A stretch of DNA of 64,000 bases, taken from contig CAZPME010000008.1 of NCBI GenBank assembly GCA_964587885.1, positions 1 to 64,000 on the forward strand. The letters run 5' to 3'. Position 1 is the first letter of the stretch; every line of letters begins with the position of its first letter. A model generated the notes under the pieces. That model was not told the DNA's origin. It ran no database searches and was given only the letters and a program-made list of their open reading frames with translations. Positions 49,501 to 58,304 of the stretch are shown one piece after another. This DNA comes from an uncultured Candidatus Poseidoniales archaeon. Its GTDB lineage: Archaea > Thermoplasmatota > Poseidoniia > Poseidoniales > Poseidoniaceae. The position numbers and the translations under genes were made by a program.

Positions 49501-52500
49501 CACTTACAATTCTGATAATACTTACACCTACCAAATTCGTAATGGAGAAGAAGTTCCAACTATCGGCCATGCCAGTATGATTGATTCAGTCATTGATGCA
49601 GCCACTCCAAATTCAGCATTAGAAGATACTAATTTAATGATTGGAAATGACTCAAATGGAGATGAAAAGCGTTCGATAATCGTCCTCGACCCAAGCCAAT
49701 TTCCACTTCCATCAGCGGCTAAGATTCATTCTGCAAGTGTTGGGTTATACATAGAAAATGTAAGGATGAATTCAGGCGTCCTTGTTACTAACATGAACAT
49801 AAGTGTTCATCCGATTATTACCTCTGGTTATACTCCCTTGGGCTCAACTTGGAATGAAGTTGCTAGTGGTTCAAGTTGGTCAGCGGCTGGTTTGCAGCCG
49901 GGAGTTGATTACGGCGCGGCAACTGGAAGTACGACTCTAGTTGCAACAGTCGGATTTGAGGGGTGGATTTGGCTCGACCTCTCACATTCGGGATTGGATT
50001 TGAACAATGCCCATGAATTTATTCTCATCGCTACGGGTCAAGCTTATCTTGATATTTCTCACAGCCAAGATAGTGATGTGGCGCACCGTCCGATAATGTT
50101 ACTCAATTATACTCATATTGACCACGTTACAATAACTCCAGGAAATGGTGCTAGCACTGATGCTGATACCGATTTGCAATATTCATACACAATGTATGAT
50201 GGAAATGGCACTCCAATCTCTGGAGTTATTGAGTGGGGTTCTACCTCTGGAACAATCGACAGCACGGGATTATTTGCTCCTGATCAAGCTGGAATGTGGC
50301 AAGTAAGTGCATGTTTCGGTTTGGTTTGTGACATAGTCACATTGTCGGTAACTTCTGGTTCACCAACCACGTGGGCTAATGTTTTCACTACCGATAGTGG
50401 TAGTTATACCATAGATGCTGACCAAGGGGTCGACTTTACTTTCACAATTTATGACCAGCATGGCAACGTTGTTTCTGGTCAAACCGTAACTGCTACTGCA
50501 ACTAACGGCTCGCTAACTGAGACTTCATCAGGTAATACCCATTCTTGGCATTGGGATGCTTGGGCTGTTGGCGCTCAAACCATAGAAGTAAATTGGGGTG
50601 CGCAGACACATTACCAACAGATAACCGTAGTAGCAGGACAACCGGTCTTGGTGACCATAGGTAACTGTGGTGATGATGATTTGAACGTACCCGCTGGTAC
50701 GACTTGTGCCTTTGATTGGGATGTTTTCGACTCCAAGGGCAATGATGTTGCTAAATCTGTATTGGGGCTTGTCACTTGGACGGCTGAAGAGCATAGCGGT
50801 AATGTGAGTCAAGGAAACTTTACTGCTGACAAGATAGGAACTTGGCAAGTAAACTTGACCAGTGCCTTTGGGCTTGATGCCAACACGACAGTTACAGTTA
50901 TCCATGGAGAGATTGATTACCTTGAGATAATTCCAAGTTCATTATTCGTCACAGCAGATGACCTCCTCTATCTCAACACTACTCGAGTAGATATTCGCGG
51001 CAATCGCTTGATGGTTGATTTGCCGGCTGAAAATTGGACCGTCATCAATGGTTGGCTAACTCCAGGTAGTAATGGCAGTCCTGCAATTTGGGAGCCTGAA
51101 ACCGTCGGTTCTAAGATATTGCGAGGTAATTATGGTACTGAGCAGACCGAATTAATTATCGCGGTATCGCATGGAATAATTTCCCAAATGGAAATCGACA
51201 TCACAACTCCAACTAATATGACTGCTGACGACCAAAGTCTGCTCAAATCATACGGTGTAGACAATAAGGGCAACCGTTGGTCAGTAAATGTCGAGTGGAT
51301 GATTTCTCAAGATCCATCCAACACCAATGATTGGCTTCACGGATACATTTCTGGTGAGGAAGAATCTACAGTGATTTTCAAACCGACTTATGTAGGAGAA
51401 TATAGTATTAGGGCGATTTACACTGAGTCCTCATCAGCATTAAATTTCATGATTTCAACCAATTATTCAATCACCCATGGGCAACTAGCTGATATTTCCT
51501 TTACCGCACCAAATGCATGTACTAGTGGGCCAGATGACGATCCACATTGGACCAATGATTGTGTATGGGAGATGACGGCAGATGAAAACATTCCATTTGC
51601 GGTTGAACTAGTTGACCTAAATGGAAATCAAATATCCGATGAGATCTTAACATGGACAGAAAATGGTAATGATGTATCTTCAGATATGGTGGATGATTCA
51701 TTTGTCTGGAGTGGAGTGAGGGATGAAGGTGAATATGTTATTCGCATTGCAAATGGGACTATTTTTGAAGAAATCACGGTAAATATTAGACATGGTAGAG
51801 CTCTAGTGGTTAACCATGTGGCAAGCGCAAATAGTGTTGAGGCCGGGCAATCATTGACGATCAAATTGACTGGAACAGATGTTGCTGGCAATACTTTCGA
51901 CCAAGATGTTACTTGGTCACATCCAACTGAAACAGTCGACAAGATTGGTGTCGGCGAATACATCTACAATTCCACCATGCAAGGAACGTATGACTTGGTA
52001 TACGAATTGCCGGGCGCCCAAACCGATATGTGGACGATTACTGTTGCTCACACCGACTTGTCACGCTTCGTTTTAGAACTTGATAAAATTTCACTTGAGC
52101 AACAGGCTGAAGTCACAATTACAATTAGTGCATTTGACCGCTTCGGAAATCCGGTGGCGGTTCCTACAGGCGATGCACTAATCGTCGAAGCGACTGGGCG
52201 CGGAACTGTATCATCGGTATCGGATGATACTACAAAATACAAGATTGAAACTCTAGATGAAGGTGAGCATACCATCACTGTGACAACTTTGGTAGCAGGT
52301 ATTATGGTAACATCTCAATCCACATACAACGTTACTGGAACCTTACCTGGATTCTTTGCTTCAGGAGGTCCACTATACTACGTGGCAGGTGGGTTGGGAA
52401 CATTTGTCATACTGGTTCTCTTCGTATTGGTAGTCGTTCTATTCCGCCGTAGCACTACTGGTTATGATGATGAAGACGATTGGGATGGGGATGACGAAGA

Positions 52501-52702
52501 TGAAGATTATCTTGAAGAAGATAAAGAACAGCCAGAAATCCCCGAAACCGAGGAAACCTCAACTTCTGAATCTTCAGATGGTGTCGAAGGTGATGATAGT
52601 TACCGTGTTGACGATGATGGCACTGAATGGTGGGAAGATGAAGCGGGCGTTTGGTGGTTCAAGGAAACTGGCGCAGAAGATTGGCAAGAATGGAATGAGT
52701 GA
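43589..52702 (+). CDS. Giant (3037 aa) membrane-anchored surface protein: signal peptide; about 7 DNRLRE-like domains alternating with FN3/Ig-like spacers; about 8 Big_2-like Ig domains; Gly-zipper TM; acidic cytoplasmic tail ending in a Trp-rich motif.
   Basis: Start GTG 43589 / ATG 43598 then 'ALTIVLLFLLADLISPSA'. Repeated 'DTW(V/I)..G...NYG....L.VG...(R/S)xLLxxDLSxLP.P......A.LxLY' units; Big_2-like 'GxxxxVxWxSTxGTIDxxGLFxA'; C-terminal 'YYVAGGLGTFVILVLFVLVVVLFRR' plus 'EAGVWWFKETGAEDWQEWNE'. Confidence 0.85.
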   Translation: MSPMSTASNYRNRRRQALTIVLLFLLADLISPSAIPSYELDQINSPSFVQMSDNASADSQIYSLSQNTNYGNEVSASIGPDEVGPGVSKMVISFPLNFSGAVDVASATMYLVCTTAADDKISTLFVSELTNSFDEMNVTWVNYNGTATWASPGASGASDHGDWEPPLVQTMNSTFSFNITSFVQSALSRGANSVDLLIAAHGAQYSCSTKEELVQANRPQILFVYAANSPAARGTILPTFVEDGDALMTGDFILAAETQPTITWSNLLGQNVEVQLSLASDFMTDSDSWWYFSSQNNLSFQFSGTTGQMELLSENELSNGTTMHYRMRSTNLNQVGDWSSGYFHLPDLQVTDNGNQTASVSIYPDDLGLSEKAISDTYSNNALSGGNGNYGGDSTVLVGMDSPSEDQYAYHGINPHLWGMHDNATMFQADLVLTRSSYNNDAVISFHSFDNSAWTESGLTMNSQDGSTAWTDGGRSNKEMAAIDAMWSNQTNSEFRVDLLTQTQVWLDTSSSTPLSIFSTVRGEYDQYSSSTNVEFYSSEDSSQSNLPYLELMYGWGSGTSPTAVELIDPADGVGVWTLNDHNLSGNTTPTLTWNGSEATSQSHDIIWQLSEGPEFRNITAEVNTVEDNDFTPGSGNYSLTGLDEGKTYAWRMQHVSFEGHHGEWTTNSFFVPSVTSTWLGGNDYQLTLSSGNSSVSGPDMPYCTDTYIDSGSPNDTYPDEGEIQVSYSTFSETAILFGCDMNSHFLPSGYAVSYANMRMKLSFHGGNPIVGAWDNTQSNWVAESANWNTFDGVNNWSQSGAKGSERGSLLSSNTLTSSFSSGDWVNWNITLNAQDAMRSDGSLDFIIGIVGAGSGGTRQALFDSSEQSTSSRPEVILVYSPGSNAKPNNPIPLSPANGSWSIIDGIEPAPDARPVLNWSYGTGVAVGGWSLQLDTTSTFDSGNLLSFASWNDNGFDLTNMSYTPQQDLSDGQIWHWRVRAVSTTNQLGDWSAFSHFLLPDITTWLIDSNTSAVEYHHHDALPSLHIPEFEDTWVKNSGANNGTSQGTDTVLKVGTLSDGSRATGMLRVPLSALPNPANAHVLKATLNLYPEWGSSESQHISIHSAMQAWNSSANGTTYDGVNNWSSAGGLGATDSGEMVDVNTIVGDSWAQYDVTELVQSATLTGNNHLSIMLIGDDASGLVTFTSVDSSSNRPWLNITWATGNSSQVTTTGSPNSPSAGSILWDTSSHALIPTTTPTLNWTHPNAGSVDDWRLFIWNNGSDEREGWTIHDTRESTTGFNIGALSWTSTSVQEAGRTYRWFVQPIIDDIYGPRSASLHYHLPAVMSGELNSTDAWLNVVEGSMVNDIAYPEVMSDTWINEGGQNLNYGNAANFTVGTSPSSSSLRSKALLEIDLSNLPIPQPFDVLEAELKLYRDGGQQSQMTVSISDLFLAFDENNATWNQADNGTNWSITGASGQLDSGLPVDIETITGSGWFSWDVSQLAQAALARGDQTMTLLIQSEEPLNASNSFHTFASSNNMNVELRPQLNLTLRSVNQWLPTDSSSLYPTNTQTMWNMSADLPSPMHDIVFSWNSTDTNATAQHFQMSSNPRFINPELFAMSNDSTTLDNGTFTNTGQRYSYNHSTDLMPIDEWIFWRVRTVQDYRIGNWSMVNKFRMPDFEGEDDGTGNLTLNLNRGTVFTNTSVLPLVPDTTLDSSSLSTNYGSSTALKLGAGASGSGEARILIEYDLNELPFPANMIPTSTILTLYRYGITGGQSLTVAAYPCSSFSESGASWNNAPTCSSSEITRTTLGVVPPTGYMEWDITSLAQSNIAAGNRTLTVMLAVIGTPGATHEFRSSEYSSVDERPNLIFDYVDNSQGITPPAQPTLLNPIDGDVLYDDSNWILQSATRPVLEWNAVANATDYILTIANATGQTKYRSWSTSGFGNSNFTLSTDLAAGESYEWWVQAVNGSIPGPSSSRWTFAIGNPINNTYNSDNTYTYQIRNGEEVPTIGHASMIDSVIDAATPNSALEDTNLMIGNDSNGDEKRSIIVLDPSQFPLPSAAKIHSASVGLYIENVRMNSGVLVTNMNISVHPIITSGYTPLGSTWNEVASGSSWSAAGLQPGVDYGAATGSTTLVATVGFEGWIWLDLSHSGLDLNNAHEFILIATGQAYLDISHSQDSDVAHRPIMLLNYTHIDHVTITPGNGASTDADTDLQYSYTMYDGNGTPISGVIEWGSTSGTIDSTGLFAPDQAGMWQVSACFGLVCDIVTLSVTSGSPTTWANVFTTDSGSYTIDADQGVDFTFTIYDQHGNVVSGQTVTATATNGSLTETSSGNTHSWHWDAWAVGAQTIEVNWGAQTHYQQITVVAGQPVLVTIGNCGDDDLNVPAGTTCAFDWDVFDSKGNDVAKSVLGLVTWTAEEHSGNVSQGNFTADKIGTWQVNLTSAFGLDANTTVTVIHGEIDYLEIIPSSLFVTADDLLYLNTTRVDIRGNRLMVDLPAENWTVINGWLTPGSNGSPAIWEPETVGSKILRGNYGTEQTELIIAVSHGIISQMEIDITTPTNMTADDQSLLKSYGVDNKGNRWSVNVEWMISQDPSNTNDWLHGYISGEEESTVIFKPTYVGEYSIRAIYTESSSALNFMISTNYSITHGQLADISFTAPNACTSGPDDDPHWTNDCVWEMTADENIPFAVELVDLNGNQISDEILTWTENGNDVSSDMVDDSFVWSGVRDEGEYVIRIANGTIFEEITVNIRHGRALVVNHVASANSVEAGQSLTIKLTGTDVAGNTFDQDVTWSHPTETVDKIGVGEYIYNSTMQGTYDLVYELPGAQTDMWTITVAHTDLSRFVLELDKISLEQQAEVTITISAFDRFGNPVAVPTGDALIVEATGRGTVSSVSDDTTKYKIETLDEGEHTITVTTLVAGIMVTSQSTYNVTGTLPGFFASGGPLYYVAGGLGTFVILVLFVLVVVLFRRSTTGYDDEDDWDGDDEDEDYLEEDKEQPEIPETEETSTSESSDGVEGDDSYRVDDDGTEWWEDEAGVWWFKETGAEDWQEWNE

Positions 52703-52778
52703 TTTCCCCTCTTGTAAAGAGGGGAACTTTTCTGCGTCGACTTCATTTGTGATGCCTCCCCTCGTCGCGTTGGTCGAA

Positions 52779-55460
52779 ATGTCGTTTGCGAAAAAGCATC
52801 GAGTATTGCCGACTACAATTGTCGTGTTTTTACTACTCTCAACTCTAATTACTGTGGTCATTCCTTCCACTAGTGCTGGCACCGTAGACCGTATCGAAAT
52901 CGACCAACAGCCCCCCATAATGCTTTCAGCAGATAGTCAAATGCAATTTACTGCAACAATGTATGATTCTTCAAATAATACCCTTTCGGAAATTGTTGAG
53001 TGGAGTGCTACCAATGGGTCAATCGACGGAGCAGGTTTGTTTACCCCATGGGCAACAGGGAATGTGTCTATCAGCGCAAATTCTGGGGTGGCATCGACAT
53101 TTGTCAACATCAGTGTTGAAGCAGGATGGCCCAGTTCCCTTACCATAGAATCGAATCAATCTGAAATCGGTGTAGATTCAACCGCTCAATTGACTGCCTT
53201 ACTTGCCGATGCTCGCGGTAATGAAGTTCAAGGCCACGCCTTGACTTGGTCTCCTTCCCAAGGTACAGTAAATGAGACAGGAGTTTGGTTTCCCGCTAGT
53301 GTTGGTGTAGCAAGCATTGAAGTGCATTGGGGTGAACTCTCGGCGACAATGAACATCACGGTAATTACCGGTCAACCTGCAAATTTGATACTCCCAACTG
53401 GTCTATCGGTACGCTATGGCCAGAGCATTACTATCGTGCCAGAAATTTATGATTCGCATGGTAATCTATTGTCTCTCGAAGATGCTGGTAGTCTGCAGTG
53501 GGCTGCAGATAGTGGTGTGATTTCTCAAACTGGGTCATTTACGGGTAATGCCGTCGGGATTTGGAATATTTCATGTTCAACTGCAAATGGATTATTCGCT
53601 ACAGTTGAAATTTCTGTAATCTCCGCAGCAATTGAGAGTTTGGAATTAGTTGCAGAAAACCGAGTATTCCGGGCTGATGAAGCGGTTGAAATTAGAGTCA
53701 TTCGAAGCGATGTTTACGGAAACGTCGAGGATATTTCTACCCCACTTTCAAATTGGTCATACCAATCGGGAGCACTTAGGTATGGAGAAAATGCTACTGA
53801 ATGGCTACCCACCGTAGTCGGCAATTGGACTCTTAGTGTTGTTAGTGAAGGATTTACTGCGAGCATCACAATTGAAGTCGTACACGGTTATGCAATTGAA
53901 TTATTATTGGTTACAGAAAATCAGAGAGTTAGTGCTGATGACGATGCAGTAATCCATATGCAAGCCCGTGATATTCGCAATAATCGTTGGATAGTTACCG
54001 GCACATGGGAAGCAGAAAATAGCCTTGCAGAATCGTGGCTTGCCTCGTTTGGGACATGGGCAAACTTTGCCGCTACTAAGACGGGAGAATGGCAAATAAC
54101 TGGTAGTTGGTTTGATGAGGAACAACAACAAATATTCTCTGACAATGTCACAATTGAAGTTTATGCTGGTGAATTATCAACCATTATTTTGCAGGGAGAT
54201 GGCGCCACAGTTTCAGCCGACGAGGTGCTAGATTTAGCGCCGACAATGTTTGATTCAGATGGCAATCAAATCGGCACGGTCTTGCTAAACTGGACTGTTG
54301 ATGGAGAAGACAAAACTACTGATTTCAGACTTCATCGCGGTGTCTATTATCCTTATTCGGTTGGGTTGCACGAAATCCGCGCCCAAGCCGCCTCAGCCTA
54401 TGCCAGTGTGATGATTCAGGTAACTCATGGTCAGGCACGCACATTAAGCATCAGTGTAGCCAACAATCTGTCGATCAATTCAGGCGAGGAAGGAGAGATA
54501 ACATTCACAGTTTACGCTCAAGATTTATCCGGAAATTCCTTCTTAGTCGACGAATTGACTTGGGATATTCCTGAATATGCTGGTGAGATTAGGGCTGGAG
54601 GCGATAGTGGTGAATGGATATTAAGCGGAAAGAAAGCCGGTGATTGGCGTTTCACGCTATATTCGGGAGATGCTCAATTTGACCTTTTGGTCAAAGTTAA
54701 TGCTGGTTTAGCGGCACGTATTGAAGTTGTCATTTCTTCGGATTATTATCATCAAGGTGACGAGATGATACTCGATGTGAGGGTTTATGATTCATTCAAC
54801 AATTCTCTCAAAGTAATACCTTCTGATATGACGGTATCCTCTACTGCCGGCCCAGCAAGTCACGTCAGCGAGGGTAGTTGGAAAGTGATGATGGATACAG
54901 GCGGTAGTGACCACGCTGTAACCGTACGTTATGATGAGTTAACCGAACAGAAATTCTTCGATGTACAAGGGGCCCTCTTAGGGGGTGCATTAGGTTCCTC
55001 TGATGCCGTAGTCCTTGGCGGTACGATGTTCATGGCCTTGATTCTCATTTTTCTTGTTTTAGCAATACGACGCGGACGTCGAGATGAAAATGCCACCGAA
55101 GGAGAGAAGCACTCACCTATTCTAGGTGATTCTACCCTTTCATCACAACCACCTGCGTCTACAGTTTCAGCTCAGCCGCAGGAAAACCAGCCTGAGGCGA
55201 CTGAAACTTCACAACCGGGCCAGCCTCAATCTGGTTCAACCTCTCCAGCCTCCACTTCCTTAGATACTGCTTCGGCTGCTTTGGAAACTCCCGCGCCAGC
55301 CGACCCAGCCAAAGAGGCTGCTCAAAGGGCCAAAGCCACAGGCGTTATGGTTGCAGCCGAAGGTACAACTCAGGGTCAATCGGGATGGTATTACGACACT
55401 ACTGGAACGTTGACGAATTGGGAAGTCGATGCTGAAGGAAGGTGGAATAGGATACAATGA
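52779..55460 (+). CDS. Large (about 893 aa) membrane-anchored surface protein: signal peptide, about 9 Big_2-like Ig domains, Gly-zipper TM, P/Q/S/T-rich cytoplasmic tail ending 'GQSGWYYDTTGTLTNWEVDAEGRWNRIQ'.
   Basis: ATG 52779 ('MSFAKKHRVLPTTIVVFLLLSTLITVVIPSTSAG') chosen because the track's 52464 start overlaps the upstream gene; Big_2-like repeats; 'LLGGALGSSDAVVLGGTMFMALILIFLVLAIRRGRR'. Confidence 0.8.
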   Translation: MSFAKKHRVLPTTIVVFLLLSTLITVVIPSTSAGTVDRIEIDQQPPIMLSADSQMQFTATMYDSSNNTLSEIVEWSATNGSIDGAGLFTPWATGNVSISANSGVASTFVNISVEAGWPSSLTIESNQSEIGVDSTAQLTALLADARGNEVQGHALTWSPSQGTVNETGVWFPASVGVASIEVHWGELSATMNITVITGQPANLILPTGLSVRYGQSITIVPEIYDSHGNLLSLEDAGSLQWAADSGVISQTGSFTGNAVGIWNISCSTANGLFATVEISVISAAIESLELVAENRVFRADEAVEIRVIRSDVYGNVEDISTPLSNWSYQSGALRYGENATEWLPTVVGNWTLSVVSEGFTASITIEVVHGYAIELLLVTENQRVSADDDAVIHMQARDIRNNRWIVTGTWEAENSLAESWLASFGTWANFAATKTGEWQITGSWFDEEQQQIFSDNVTIEVYAGELSTIILQGDGATVSADEVLDLAPTMFDSDGNQIGTVLLNWTVDGEDKTTDFRLHRGVYYPYSVGLHEIRAQAASAYASVMIQVTHGQARTLSISVANNLSINSGEEGEITFTVYAQDLSGNSFLVDELTWDIPEYAGEIRAGGDSGEWILSGKKAGDWRFTLYSGDAQFDLLVKVNAGLAARIEVVISSDYYHQGDEMILDVRVYDSFNNSLKVIPSDMTVSSTAGPASHVSEGSWKVMMDTGGSDHAVTVRYDELTEQKFFDVQGALLGGALGSSDAVVLGGTMFMALILIFLVLAIRRGRRDENATEGEKHSPILGDSTLSSQPPASTVSAQPQENQPEATETSQPGQPQSGSTSPASTSLDTASAALETPAPADPAKEAAQRAKATGVMVAAEGTTQGQSGWYYDTTGTLTNWEVDAEGRWNRIQ

Positions 55461-55469
55461 GGTGCGAGA

Positions 55470-58304
55470 ATGCGCAGAATATGTATCATTATCATCGCCA
55501 TATTACTGTTGTCGGTATTTACTACGGACCCAAAATTATTACAATTGGAAAACCCAAGAGATTTTGCTTTGCCAGGTTGCCCTGAAGAGCCCGCTGCTGT
55601 GTCAATAGAAATCACGCATTCTGGTTCTGGTTCGGTTCCAGCCGACCAACATTTGCAATTGACTGCTATTGTCAAAGACTCCAGTTCCCAAACACTTGGC
55701 GTTTTTCCAACTTGGGGAGTATCGAATGGTTCAATCACCTCAGATGGATTATTCACACCATTAGCAACTGGAGAGGTAGAAGTGTGGGCGTGTATCGGTG
55801 AGGTCAATCAGTCGAAAACTCTCACAGTGTTACAAGGTGAGACGGTCTCCGCAGAATTACAATTGTCTGATTATCAGATTACTTCCGATGAAGTTGTGCA
55901 ACTCTTGCCCAAGAAAATCGATAGCAAAGGAAATCGGGCTGATACCTTTGTCCCGACTGAGAATTTTTCCTTACCAGTGGGTAGCAATATCTCAGGTGGT
56001 CAAATATTGAATTGGTTTCCTGGTCCAGTTGGAAATCATACAATTTCTGCAAATGTATTGGGCTATTCGGTAAGTGTTCAGGTCAACGTTTCTTTTGGGC
56101 AAGCGGTGGGGATTGGGATTGAATCATCGTCAAATGAAATAACCTCGGATCAATCGCTTGAATTAGCGCTATCAATTTTGGACGGCAAGGGAAATACTCA
56201 ACCAATTATTGGTGAATGGTACTCAAGAAATAATACCGAATTGCCGCTATCAATAACCAATACGAGTGCATTAGTCGAAGGAAATGTGGCTGGAATATGG
56301 CGTGTAATTGCCAATTATTCTGGTGCCGAGACCAATGGCTCGACCTGGACTACCTATCGCGATATTACCGTAATACATGGTGCCTTAACGGCGACAAGGA
56401 TTGACGGATTCATCATTAGTCGCAGTGGCCAAGGTAATGACCTTGGACAACTTAGCGGCACTCTCCAAATGAATTCAGATGATCAATTAGTTTTATCACC
56501 GCGCCTTGAAGATGCCGACGGGAACATTCTCCCAACTACTGGATTAACTTGGAAATTGGAATCCGACAACATCGCATTTCCCGAAACTTCGTCTAACAAC
56601 TCATTTACCTTCTCACCGGTGCAAACTGGAAATTATATTGTGACTCTAACTCCTGCAGAGGGCATCCCCGAGCGTTTGACTATTGAGGTTAGGCATGGAG
56701 AAGCTGAAGCGATTGAAGTGTATTCAGGGGCTAGTGAAAACCTCGTGGTTTCAGTAGGTCAAAATCTAAGTTTTGAGGTGTTTGGTGTCGATAGAGACGG
56801 CAATAATTTCCCCTTGGATGTCGAATGGTTTATTCCCGAACACACGGGAAATATCAGCAATGGTTCACTTGGAGTGGGAAATTATGTCTTTACTAGTTCG
56901 CGTGACACTCCAATTAGAATACACACATTAAAAGCAATAACAGCACTCGGAAAACACGATGTTCTTGTCGATGTTAGAATTGGCATATTGCATCATTTAC
57001 AGATTGATTATTCGCCATTGGAAGGTGTTCAGGGTGAAGAGTTACAGATTACTATCACCGGAAGAGACCTAAATGATAATCAAATTCCGATTGCCTTGGA
57101 TGATGTAATTTTGACCTCATCGGCGGGAACTGCCGAATATAGGAATGGCAAGCATTATCTTTACCTTGAGGAGAGTGGAGTACAACATCAGATAACCGCT
57201 GAATACGAAGAATTGCCGCCAGCAATGGTATTTATCGATATTCAAGCGACGATTTTTGGTGGAGTCCTAGGTTCGTCGGAAACGGTTATCATCGGGGGGA
57301 TTGCGATATTATCGGTGATATTACTCGCTCTCGCTGTGATGATTTACAAGATATCGGGCCGGCGAAAAAAGAGTGATGATGAATTAATTGAGGAGATGGT
57401 ACAAACTAATGAAACATCACAATCTCCAGAATTATCTTCACCTGAATCTATTGGAGATTCATCGGGACTTAGGCCTGAAACTGAAATTTCCTTGCCTGTA
57501 ATAATGCCATTGAATCTAGTACCACCACCACCCCTAGCAAATATGCCAGCAATCGCATCTGTACCACAATCAGCAATGGTCCCACCAGTTGCCCAGCCCT
57601 CTCAGCAAATATCTCATGGTGGATTGCCTCCTCCCCTACCTGCTCCAATGTTGGCTCATCCACCCGCACCCCAATCAGCAACCTCTCTTTTGCCACCAGT
57701 TGTTCCAACTTCCATGCCTGCAGGAAACATGTTTCAGCCTCACCCACAGGAATCACCTCAAGAGGTAATGGTAACCCAACCCCAAGCAGAAGTAGACCCA
57801 AACTCACATACTCCAGAACTTCAAGTTCCAACCCAATCACTATTGCCAACATCACAAGAATCCGATTTAGGTCAAGCAACGATTGATTTGTCAGATTCAC
57901 TTTCTGCGTTGGGGCCTATAGGCATGGTTGAGGTATTGGATGAACCAATTACTGAAGCAGAACTACCAATTGAAACTGAGCAACAAGCCCAAGAACAATC
58001 CGCGCTAGAAAATGAAAGTGAACCGGAAACTGAGCCTGAATCACCTGCTGTAGCCGATATTGAAGACCCTTTCCCAGCCCCTTTATTGGAAACCGATGGC
58101 GGCTGGGGTGATGATGACCCGTTCGGAGATTGGGGTAGTGGTGTGGCCAATTCACGGGCCCTTGGCTTGATTGATACCTTCAATGGGCCAATGTCGAATG
58201 ATGGAGTACTTCTAGAGCCGGAACAAGGTACCATTCGTGGTCAATCGGGTTGGTACCGAATGACTGATGGAACAAGGGTTGAATGGAAGTACCCAACTCA
58301 ATAA
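55470..58304 (+). CDS. Large (944 aa) membrane-anchored surface protein, a paralogue of the preceding gene: signal peptide, about 7 Big_2-like Ig domains, Gly-zipper TM, long proline-rich cytoplasmic tail ending '[21 protein letters not shown]'.
   Basis: '[17 protein letters not shown]' signal; '[25 protein letters not shown]' Big_2 motif; '[40 protein letters not shown]'; 10-nt gap to the upstream gene. Confidence 0.85.
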   Translation: MRRICIIIIAILLLSVFTTDPKLLQLENPRDFALPGCPEEPAAVSIEITHSGSGSVPADQHLQLTAIVKDSSSQTLGVFPTWGVSNGSITSDGLFTPLATGEVEVWACIGEVNQSKTLTVLQGETVSAELQLSDYQITSDEVVQLLPKKIDSKGNRADTFVPTENFSLPVGSNISGGQILNWFPGPVGNHTISANVLGYSVSVQVNVSFGQAVGIGIESSSNEITSDQSLELALSILDGKGNTQPIIGEWYSRNNTELPLSITNTSALVEGNVAGIWRVIANYSGAETNGSTWTTYRDITVIHGALTATRIDGFIISRSGQGNDLGQLSGTLQMNSDDQLVLSPRLEDADGNILPTTGLTWKLESDNIAFPETSSNNSFTFSPVQTGNYIVTLTPAEGIPERLTIEVRHGEAEAIEVYSGASENLVVSVGQNLSFEVFGVDRDGNNFPLDVEWFIPEHTGNISNGSLGVGNYVFTSSRDTPIRIHTLKAITALGKHDVLVDVRIGILHHLQIDYSPLEGVQGEELQITITGRDLNDNQIPIALDDVILTSSAGTAEYRNGKHYLYLEESGVQHQITAEYEELPPAMVFIDIQATIFGGVLGSSETVIIGGIAILSVILLALAVMIYKISGRRKKSDDELIEEMVQTNETSQSPELSSPESIGDSSGLRPETEISLPVIMPLNLVPPPPLANMPAIASVPQSAMVPPVAQPSQQISHGGLPPPLPAPMLAHPPAPQSATSLLPPVVPTSMPAGNMFQPHPQESPQEVMVTQPQAEVDPNSHTPELQVPTQSLLPTSQESDLGQATIDLSDSLSALGPIGMVEVLDEPITEAELPIETEQQAQEQSALENESEPETEPESPAVADIEDPFPAPLLETDGGWGDDDPFGDWGSGVANSRALGLIDTFNGPMSNDGVLLEPEQGTIRGQSGWYRMTDGTRVEWKYPTQ

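Noticed and set aside
52464-52778. Upstream extension of the second clustered surface-protein ORF ('MMMKTIGMGMTKMKIILKK...').
   Set aside because: Overlaps the last 240 nt of the 3037-aa gene in another frame. The signal-peptide-like sequence starts at the internal ATG 52779.
55363-58304. C-terminal 'GWY...DG...W' motif as a WW domain.
   Set aside because: The spacing between the two Trp is about 12 residues, not the 20-22 of WW domains, and no GR-YY-NH-T core is present. Treated as a novel short motif instead.
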